Assembly (NCBI GenBank): GCA_030141605.1
Contig: JAQGDQ010002021.1
Location: 1-17,621, forward strand
Source: Tubiluchus corallicola
Taxonomy: Eukaryota > Animalia > Priapulida
Direction of reading: 5' to 3'
Length of the DNA: 17,621 nucleotides
The position numbers and the translations under genes are program-made. This document shows positions 8,904 to 17,621 of the stretch, piece after piece (the stretch's first letter is position 1; the number at the start of each line of letters is the position of its first letter). The notes beneath the pieces were generated by a model. It ran no database searches, was not told the DNA's origin, and worked only from the letters and a program-made list of their open reading frames with translations.

Positions 8904-9080
8904 GATATTGATTTTGATTTGACCAATTTGGGAAATGTCATGGATTTTCCGGGTCTGAGTGACATTCTGCGCAAAATTGTCATTGCACAAGTTGCCAACT
9001 TTGTTGTGATGCCAAACAGCATTACAGTTCCACTGACTGATACCGTGAACCTCAAAGAACTGAAATTTCGACAGCCAAAT
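8904..9080 (+). CDS. Esyt2: E-Syt exon (end of SMP): DIDFDLTNLGNVMDFPGLSDILRKIVIAQVANFVVMPNSITVPLTDTVNLKELKFRQPN
   Basis: catctttcag acceptor, gtaagt donor, 177 nt, phase 0-0. Embedded in track ORF 8883..9182. Confidence 0.96.
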
Positions 9081-10033
9081 GTAAGTACTTGTATGCCGTT
9101 TGAGTCCAGTTGCATCTTCATAAATTCCTATTTTTGTTTGTCTGAATCAGAAACTTTTTGTTCTTGTTATTCTGTGCACTGATTTATGTTGCACTTCATC
9201 ATAACTGTATCTTTTATACTTCTCTTACTTTACTAGTAGGTCGCATTTTTATTTATTTTTTCTTCTGTAAAGGCTTATAGTTAATTGCATGATTTGGAGT
9301 ATTAACCTTGTTTAACGACGAGTCCTTCCTGAACATACCTGAGCCACTAAAACGATTTCTATTGTATTGACAAAATTAAAAAGGATTTAGTAACGCAAAT
9401 CTTTTGCCCACAAATCGTTTACTTCATATCTGGCAGTTCGCACACACACATACACATTTTAAAGCTGGATGCTAACTAGTACAGGTAAAACCATACATGT
9501 AATGTCAAAACCTATCTGGCATCTGCACCGGCACTCTCTGCCAGTGCCTCCTGTCAATACTTTATTTGCTTATTTACACAGATGAATAGAGAATTTTACA
9601 ATGAGCTAGCACAAAAAACAAAATTCTTAACCAAGCCTAAATAATTTGGAAATCTGTGTCAAAAATTTAACAAAGTGTTTTGCTTTATTACGAAAAATAA
9701 CATCAAAATTGCTTGTATTCTCGCACATATCGTGTAGTCACTGCAATTTACTGCTACAATAAAGAGACACCTGTAACTGACCTGTTTCTTACTTTTAATA
9801 AACATTAATGCAAAGAATATAAACAATTTAAAACATGTACAATGTTTGATTTATATCAACCAGTCATTTGTCATGTATGTCTTGAACAATTTTGACACAC
9901 ATTCATTATTTCTTACTGAAAGTACCTAAAAGTACTTGGTATGGTTAAGAGTAATTTGGTATGGTTAAGCATGGACTTATTGTGTTTGTGATTTTATTTG
10001 ACTGCTAAATCATGAGAGAATTTTTCCTTGTAG

Positions 10034-10051
10034 TTTGATTTGCTGGTGTTG
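10034..10051 (+). CDS. Candidate 18-nt alternative microexon of E-Syt: FDLLVL
   Basis: aatttttccttgtag|TTTGATTTGCTGGTGTTG|gtaagt; phase 0-0, no stop, inside a phase-0 intron. Confidence 0.5.
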
Positions 10052-10389
10052 GTAAGTCCTGAACATAGTGGGTAAATGTTGCCATAGTTTTTAATGTGTC
10101 TACATAACTGCTCCATTGTGGGATTTGCATTCGTGCTGCTGTGGACAAAGCTAGGCACAGCATTTACACATTTTAACAGTGCATAAACTTAAAATGCAGA
10201 CTACATTTTGTACTGAATATAGTACTTGATTTCGTGCTAAACATTATAATGTGCTTATATGATCGTCGCTGTAATATAGGTGGCTTTTTAATTTTAAGCT
10301 ACATGCATAATATTTGAAATTTTATCATTTCAATTAGCAAATTTCTACTGGTATTTTTTAATTTACTATTTTAATTTGGTGCTGCACAA

Positions 10390-10654
10390 ACCGAGATCCA
10401 GTACTTAATAGCAGGACTTACTTAATGTAGGTGGGTTTGGCAGGACCAAAACCTAGGAAATTAAAGGACATTCTTCTTAAGATAAGAAGAATCTGGTACC
10501 GACAGACATGACTTAGCAAGTGTACTCTTCCATTCTCTTTGAATAAAGTAAATAACTAAGAGTGGTGTGGATTTTCGTGGCTATCACTCATCTGCTTAGT
10601 AAGCAGCACTGGCTATATTCTTTCTCAAGCACACATACCATGACCACTCAGCTA
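10390..10654 (-). mobile_element. Possible highly decayed tRNA-derived SINE
   Basis: The - strand has the A-box-like TAGCTGAGTGGT (10654-10643). No convincing B-box, and the boundaries are guesses. Confidence 0.25.
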
Positions 10655-11234
10655 TTGTTTACCCATACACATTTTCTATGTACTGCAGCACCAAGCTTAA
10701 CTAACAAATGCATTCTTAGCTGTCCTACTTGAAGTTACTGTTTTGCATATATCTTTGTTTTGATTTTTATAAGCTAACAACCATCAAGTCTAACATTAAG
10801 CCAGTTTTTGTTATAGTATATTCAACAACTGTTTAGTTATTAAGAAAATGTGGTTTTTCAATTGTTTTTTTTTTGCACATGTTTGGTAGTGCAAAAGCTT
10901 CCTCTTTTTTCATAATTGTGCTGAAAAGCTATCTTATCCTTCACAAGTTCATCTGTGCAACGTCTGTGTTCTGCTGTTTAATGTTCTGTGTAGCTTTGAG
11001 TTATTGTTCATCTTTTTGGAACCGAAAAATATTAAATCAGATAGCGTTATCTCAATTTTCATTTGCTTCATACAAAAACAATTTGCATTAGTCTTGAACT
11101 TGCTGTAAATGGTGTGAATAAAATCACAAAATGTAATAGTACTTGTAACAGTAATAATCACTTGACTAGTAATGAAAATACAACCATTCTGTTTCTGTTT
11201 CATATAATATTATAAAAATCATTTTCCCTTGTAG

Positions 11235-11252
11235 TTTGGGTCCTTACTTATG
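11235..11252 (+). CDS. Second candidate 18-nt alternative microexon of E-Syt: FGSLLM
   Basis: cattttcccttgtag|TTTGGGTCCTTACTTATG|gtaagt; phase 0-0, no stop. TGCATG at 11284-11289 downstream. Confidence 0.5.
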
Positions 11253-12513
11253 GTAAGTTTGCAGTAACTGCTGTTTTGTAGTATGCATGGGTCTGTTTCT
11301 GCTTGGGTGGGCGAGTTGTTGATTACATTTTGTTTCTGCTCACAAACTGAAATAAGTTTATATTTCATTTTCGTAAAGAATCACTCAGTCTGCAAATATT
11401 GATGACAGCAAGTATGTCGTTGAATAACTCGGGTGAATTAATGGTATTTAGTCAAACTTTGCATTTTTGGGCATTTCATTTTTGCTAAGAAGTGCAATAG
11501 AACATGAAAATACAATGTTTGAACTTACACAGAATTTGTGTGCAAAATGTGTGTGTGTGGTAAGCATGACCAGTTTCAGTGATTTTTACATAGACTGCAA
11601 CTTTTGCCTATACACACATTTTAATGCACAATTTTGTTGAAAGATACTGTTATAATGTTAAAATGTTAGCTGCTGTAGAGGGTACATTTTTTTATCGACC
11701 TAGAATGCTTTGAAAATGAATAAAATGCTTAAATTTTAGCAAACTGTATTATTGACCTTTCATCTGTAGATTAGAAATTGGTTCTGCCTAATACTAAAAC
11801 GGCATAGTTAATTATGAACAAAAAATTTGAAATTCTAATATTTTGCCAAAACAAGATGCTCATCTCAGTTAACACTGTTTTTATAAAACATAGCCCTTTA
11901 ATAGCAGTTGTGTTGGTGTAAAATAAAGTTTGATATTAGTGTACAAGCCATTAAATAGTGAGTTAAATTAGTCTTGTTTAAGAGCTGACATTATGGGCCT
12001 AATATAATGGGACTTTTTCGAGCGCATATTGTTGTTGAAATTTCATGTATACTTTCTGAAAGCTTACAAAGCCATGACAGAGGGGCTAGCAAAATAAATA
12101 TTGTAATTTGATAATTTAGAGTCAGAATGCATACTTATTATACATGCAGAATACATTATAGCCTTAATTGGCAAAAAGTTATTATAAAATGTGTCTTACT
12201 AATCTCATGTACAATGTTGTCAGTGTTTACATGCAGGCCAGCTAGCCTCTTATATTTCAATTTGATTTATAAGTAATGTCATTTTAATACTAGTTTTGTA
12301 ATTGAATATAGTTGCAAGTTATTTTGGCTGAATGATATTTCCTAGTTTTATTACGATTTTAGTATTTCAGTCACCATAGATATGACAATGACGATAATAC
12401 ACATTTATTAATGAATTTAAAAGTCAGGCTTTTAGGTTTCCTTAAGATTAGTTTGTGCATTAGAGTTAATAATTAGTGTTTATCTGCATGTTAAGAAACT
12501 TTTGTAATTTTAG

Positions 12514-12613
12514 GGTGTCCTTCGAATTGAAGTTGTTGAAGCAAAGGACCTTAAGAAAATGGATATTGGACTTACTGGAAAAGGAAAATCTGATCCGTAT
12601 GTTGTGATTGCAG
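12514..12613 (+). CDS. Esyt2: E-Syt exon (C2A start): GVLRIEVVEAKDLKKMDIGLTGKGKSDPYVVIA(V)
   Basis: taattttag acceptor, gtaagc donor, 100 nt, phase 0-1. C2 motifs EAKDL and GKSDPY. Confidence 0.97.
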
Positions 12614-12711
12614 GTAAGCATCTGAGCTGAGTTAAGGTTTTATTTTTAAGTTTTCTAATTGGTAATATTTTGAGTACTAAGTAATAAATCATGGGAAAGA
12701 TCTACTAATAC

Positions 12712-13670
12712 CATTTAATCCAGACTAGTTAGTACTCGGCCGGCACAATCTGAGATTAGTTGTCTAAGCCAGTTAGATGAACCGGTTCCACTGTTACACT
12801 GCAGAGTGGTAGCCAGTCATTTGAGCTGGTTACATTGCAAACTCGCTATATAGGCTAGTTAGGTTTTGTTGTTTAGGCCATTTGAGCTCAACTGGTTTAT
12901 TATAGTCTTGTTTTCTAAGCCAGTGGCAGAGCTGGTTATATTGCAGACTCTATGTCAATTAAGAAACACAGCTTCATCTCAAGTACAATTACTTTTGTGT
13001 CTGGAAAAACTGTTGTGGAAGCTGTGGCAATCAATAAAGCCTAATGCTCAGGGACAGGGAAAAGTGTGAAACAGAAGACAAGGGATATGATGTCCATGTG
13101 CTAGAGAAACACAAAAAAATAGAACAAAAACATTGTTTTGTTAAAAGTTTTGCAAATGCTCAACCGCCTTCATTTTGCAAAACATTTTGCAATCCAACCA
13201 TTGATCGAAAATGAGTCCAGCTATAGAATTCCATTTTGCACGCATTTTTTGGTTTTTCAGAAACATTTGTTCCATGCATACAGCATGTGTGTGCAGCAGA
13301 GAAAAACAGGAAATGACTGGACAACAAGTTTAAGTAAATTTGTTTGGCATTTTTTTGTTTTTTACCCTCTGTGTTCACTAGGCTTAAGCTGTCTCACTTA
13401 AAATCGACACCAAATCAGAACAACTAGCAGGTGTCTTGAACTTACCCTCATTTGAGGATGGATGTATGTTGTAACTATGTCAGTTATGCAGTCGTGTGAC
13501 TAGTTCAGCTAATTGGCTAGTGCAATGATCCTGGGATATAGCCAGTTCAATTAACCCACTTGGACAACGAGTTTGTAAGGTAACTGGCTTAGTTAACTGG
13601 CCTAGACAAAGAATCTCCAATGTAATCAGTTTAGCTAATTTTACTGGATAATGAGACTGTACTGCAGTGA
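12712..13670. repeat. Degenerate fold-back-like element: two oppositely oriented blocks of related subrepeats
   Basis: 12752-12775 gagattagttgtctaagccagtta matches the reverse complement of 13594-13617 at 21/24. Direct repeat gagctggttacattgcaaactc (12823-12844) versus gagctggttatattgcagactc (12929-12950) matches at 20/22. Confidence 0.6.
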
Positions 13671-13796
13671 ACAATATCAGTGGAATAAATAAAGTCGACT
13701 GAGAAACACTAACATAGGTACATTTCCTGTTAACATCTATCTATCGTGTTCATTGGATTGTAGCTATTATCATCTAACTGATTTTTTTTCTTCTAG

Positions 13797-13867
13797 TTGG
13801 TGCGACTCAGTACAAGACAAAGACTATTAACAACACGATAGCTCCTGTATGGAATGCATTCTTTGAG
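13797..13867 (+). CDS. Esyt2: E-Syt exon (C2A): (V)GATQYKTKTINNTIAPVWNAFFE
   Basis: ttttttttcttctag acceptor, gag|gtattt donor, 71 nt, phase 1-0. KTK.I.N...P.WN..FE motif. Confidence 0.96.
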
Positions 13868-14361
13868 GTATTTTTAACCTCTATTGATGAATAATGAAAC
13901 TTAGAAAAATTGCATTTTCAAGGCTTTTAGATAGCTGTCACTTTGTAAAGTCAGCTTTTAAACTTTTTATAAGTTTTAGTGTATTGCAAGCCAGCATCCA
14001 GCTATGGAAGTTATGAGCATCTAGGTAACAGGAACAAAACTGGAACTTTAACTGACTCTCAATCTGAAACCAGACCAGAATTGGGACGAACAGATTCCAT
14101 ATTTGTTTGATCATAGGCAGGCTACCTACCTTTGATCTTTGCAAGTGTGATGAATACAAAATGCACACACGACTATACCTATCACTACAGAGTGCTTAAA
14201 TTGCAAAATTGTTATTTTTCTCCCCGCATATCATCTCCTACACGATGTAATTTCAAGATAAACCATCTGTATCAAGCTGATTATTATTTATCAGTTATTT
14301 TTGGTATAATGACTATCTTGTAGAAATATATAACTATTAGCTGGTCCTGCCCTGCTGGCTG

Positions 14362-14375
14362 CTGCCATCTGCTGG
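14362..14375 (-). promoter_or_regulatory. Candidate CTCF binding site
   Basis: The - strand CCAGCAGATGGCAG fits the CTCF core consensus CCASYAGRKGGCRS at every position. Confidence 0.5.
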
Positions 14376-16185
14376 CTACTGTTACAAGCTTATGACAGAG
14401 CTACAGCTTTGTGATTGTTGAAGCATGGACTAATATGCGTTGGCTTTGAGCAGTGATTCATGTTAAGCCAGTCTTGACAGAGCCTGGTACATGCTCTGGC
14501 TGTGTTGTTTTTCAATGTTGGTATTCTTACTTGGACTCTACCATTTGGGATAGTGCAACCACTGACGTATGTCGCTGTATGGGCGGACAATGTTTGGTGA
14601 GGTACCTTCACATTGCTTACAAGAACTCAGGTATGCATACCTTCTTATGTTGCCTTAAGAGACAAGTTTACTTTGGGAGTTCAACTTAGGAACTAATGGT
14701 AGTAATGGCTAAACTAATTAGTCTTCATCAATACGCTACTCATGTCGTGTGTTGCTGAATGCTGAGTTCACACTGGACTGTGTTCTTGCTGACAACTTTT
14801 GGAATTAATTCTTTAAGGTTGCATTCAAGTGCAGAAGTTTTACTCCTCTGAAAACGGTGTGTGGGACTGAAATGCCGAGCAGTAGCCAGCTCCCCTTTTT
14901 TACGCTAACCTGATTGTATTTTTAATATTTGCTGATTGATATGTTGTTTATTGTTGTTTAAATAAGTATGCAAACTTTATTTCACAGTTTTTGTTTTCTC
15001 ATTTATGTTATTGTCCCTGAAAGGGTTGATAACATAAAGAAAAACTGAAGTGTGTTTGAAAGCCAAAATCACACTGGTGAGGTCCGACTATTCTGAATTA
15101 TTTATTAATGCTAAAATTCCATGGTTGATCCCTGATCTCCATGTCCTGACTCCCATAGTACCATCAGCCTTAATGCTCGCGGCACAAAGATTTAGGATTA
15201 ACAAACCTAAAGTCACTTTGAAGATCGTGTTCATGTATTATTTACATATATCAAGTAAAGTTTAGCCCAAGACCATATTGTTACACCATCACTAGCCATT
15301 TTAGAACATTAGAGCAGTTACTACAGACCCAAATTTCGGGTTTTGCTGTAACTCCTTGTGTTCGCTTCAAGTTCACTTTTACTGTCAGTGAAGATTTTTT
15401 ACGATGGTGTCTCCCAGTACGGGAGCTTTTTACTTGTTTATCGGATTCAAAATTAATTTCATTAAAATTTTGATGAATGTTTTCAATAAACATTAAAGTT
15501 GCAAAGTTCAACAATGCTGATTTTATTATTTTTTTAATGCACTGAATTCACAAAGTTTACGGCACTACACTGGGTATTTTGACCAGAATTTTACAAGTTT
15601 TTAAGCAAGTACATTTTCGTTATTTAACAAAACTATTTTACCTGAACTGGACCAACACCGAAACACTAGTTCCAGTTACAAAGCCAATCTAGTTCCAGCT
15701 CTAGTTTCAACAATCATTGATAGCCATACATAACATAGATAGTTGTGTTGGGACTGCACTGTAAATCATTATCAAAAATAGCCATCTAAGATGTATATTG
15801 AATTGACATCTAGGCATCTTAGCCATGTTTGAAGTCATTCATCCTCTCTGAATGAGATAAATTATCAAAACCAGTATGGCAGATACCCAGATTCAACTAG
15901 TCATCCCTCCACTTAAACTTCATGGTTATAAAATGGAATTAATATTAGTAGAAAATCTTAAAAACAAATTCTGGAGTAAGTTGTGAGTCATTTGAAAGCA
16001 AATACTAAACAATTTCTCATCCAAAATGATAGCCATAGTAATGAAAGAAATATAACTCGGTGTACATTTTAAAGATGTTGTCTTTCGTCATTTTGATGTG
16101 CTTGTGAAGTCTGTGTCTGTGAGATGACACTTGCTAATGATGGTTATAGTTTTGTAATAAGACACAACTGAAGTTTTTAACATAG

Positions 16186-16274
16186 GCAATTGTTGGAGAA
16201 TGCAAAGGTCAAAGTTTGGATGTGGAGTTGTTTGACGAAGATCCCGGCGTTTCACAGAACGACTTCCTTGGCAG
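16186..16274 (+). CDS. Esyt2: E-Syt exon (C2A): AIVGECKGQSLDVELFDEDPGVSQNDFLG(R)
   Basis: taacatag acceptor, cag|gtgcaa donor, 89 nt, phase 0-2. LFDED...DFLGR Ca2+-loop motif. Confidence 0.95.
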
Positions 16275-17147
16275 GTGCAAAATTAAATTGATTAGAAATA
16301 TTATCTGGCATAACATTGCTCTGCTCAACATTTATATAGTTAACATTCTTAAGCAATAATTCAGCAGTCTGTGCTGCTGTTACTTTCCTGCTGGCTGGGT
16401 GCATATCATGCTGTAAGCAGCTACTGTTCATGAGTTACATCGGCACCTGATACATTATTTATGATTCACGTAGGTTTTAAATTAATTATGAATACATATT
16501 ATGGCTGTGTTAGAGAATTATGGTGGGAATAAAGTCCTGCATTATTGTCTATCTTCCCTTTATTTAAGTAAATTCTCCTTACGTTATTGCTATGTTGTCA
16601 TCTTTTCTACCTCGTTTGCTTTTCTAGTTTCTCTGTTCTCTGGATGGTCTATTAGCAGATATGTCATTTTAGGGAATAATCTATTATCTTTTTTCCACTC
16701 ACTGTACATGATCGTAAAATTTTCTGTGCTGAGAATTAATCATTGGTAATGGCGTTGATGGTCAGTACAATAATTAATTCAGCAAAACTATCAGCCTTGA
16801 TAAGCTAAGAAAATAAGCCCATTTAACTAACTGATGGTCTGATACACACTGTCATCAATTTTTAACTTTAATGACACAGCAAAGTTCATTCAGTAATGTT
16901 TTTGTAGAATTGCCAATTCTAAGGCATAGTTTTCAGAGATTGTCACCTATTCATTTATTTATATTTTTGTCTCTGATACATTGCGTGTCATTCATTTCGT
17001 TTATGCTTTCTATTCTACATTCATAGTTATTCATCTTTGTCTTCTTTAGTGAGCCTTAATACTTGTTAGCTTTAATAAATTAGTGCATTTGTTGTCTTTG
17101 CTGTTTTATTTCCCACACTGTTGCATGATCTTTTGCTGTCATTTCAG

Positions 17148-17196
17148 AACTAGCGTAGATATTTACTCGGTTGCAAAGAAAGGCAGGGAAGACTCC
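17148..17196 (+). CDS. Esyt2: E-Syt exon (C2A, near its end): (R)TSVDIYSVAKKGREDS
   Basis: gtcatttcag acceptor, gtaagt donor, 49 nt, phase 2-0. Completes the AG|A Arg codon and keeps the frame. The gene continues beyond the window. Confidence 0.88.
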
Positions 17197-17424
17197 GTAA
17201 GTTTTTTTTGCACGCCTTTGTCATTTCTAATTAGCAGGCCAATGGTCGATATTCCTGTCTCCACATTTACTATATTAATAATTGACACTTCTAAGTGTTT
17301 AAAATAAGTAGAAAGTAGCATAGTTACCCAAAGATAACTATTAATGTCAAGATATTCAATGATAAATGTAAAAATCCAACAATATGAAAATAAAAACACA
17401 ACATTTTATTCCACATCATTGTGA

Positions 17425-17589
17425 AATCAAAAAGGTTGTTTATAGTGACTTTTTGTCTATTTTTATTTATCTTACTTTTCACTTGCAGATAGTCCACACT
17501 TCACAGTTCACAGTGTGGACTATCTGCAGAAGTGAAAAGTAAGATAAATAAAAATAGACAAAAAGTCACTAGAAACTACTTTTTTGATT
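17425..17589. repeat. Long near-perfect inverted repeat (hairpin): arms ~76 bp, 11-nt loop
   Basis: 17443-17500 pairs with 17512-17571 perfectly except for one 2-nt bulge. Pairing extends imperfectly to 17425/17589. Loop tcacagttcac. Confidence 0.95.
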
Positions 17590-17621
17590 GCTGGTCTTAT
17601 TTTTCATTATTTGTCATGGAA

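Noticed and set aside
8883-9182. 99-aa ORF as a complete gene, and antisense ORF 8900..9121
   Set aside because: Only 8904-9080 is exon; the rest is intronic read-through. The antisense ORF is a shadow.
1350-9970. Scattered TTAACCCT/TTAACC motifs (1350, 3482, 5813, 9302) as piggyBac ends, and a 14-bp direct repeat at 9936-9969
   Set aside because: No matching partner TIRs; short matches like these are expected in AT-rich DNA.
14390-15514. ORFs 14390..14611, 14453..14689, 15050..15265 and 15281..15514 (with WVCSNC) as nested genes or transposase relics
   Set aside because: Short, with no recognisable domain or consistent splice structure; one CxxC is not enough.
1-17621. Prokaryotic systems (CRISPR array, operon, defence island), rRNA or intact tRNA genes
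   Set aside because: The sequence has spliceosomal exon-intron structure. No regularly spaced repeat-spacer array, cloverleaf or rRNA signature was seen.

Overview
AT-rich eukaryotic (invertebrate-metazoan-like) genomic DNA with two genes on opposite strands. The + strand carries nine consecutive in-frame exons (5865-17196; 900 nt, 300 aa) of an extended synaptotagmin (E-Syt/Esyt2-like), covering the SMP lipid-transfer domain and most of C2A. Its first intron here is GC-AG, and the upstream membrane-anchor exon is not in the window. The - strand has a stop-free ORF of at least 327 codons (982 to the left edge, missed by the ORF track). It starts with a Daxx N-terminal helical bundle, followed by tandem repeats carrying CxVxL motifs. 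This Daxx-like gene appears to lie antisense inside an E-Syt intron, with a CpG-enriched putative promoter at about 4950-5540. Non-coding features include a 1046-bp hAT-type non-autonomous transposon with perfect TIRs and a TSD that duplicates a putative splice donor, a four-copy ~140-bp local repeat, MITE and SINE remnants, a CTCF-consensus site and a ~165-bp near-perfect hairpin. The most striking unexplained signal is a pair of look-alike, frame-preserving 18-nt candidate microexons at the E-Syt SMP-C2A junction. All calls come from manual reading; no searches were run.
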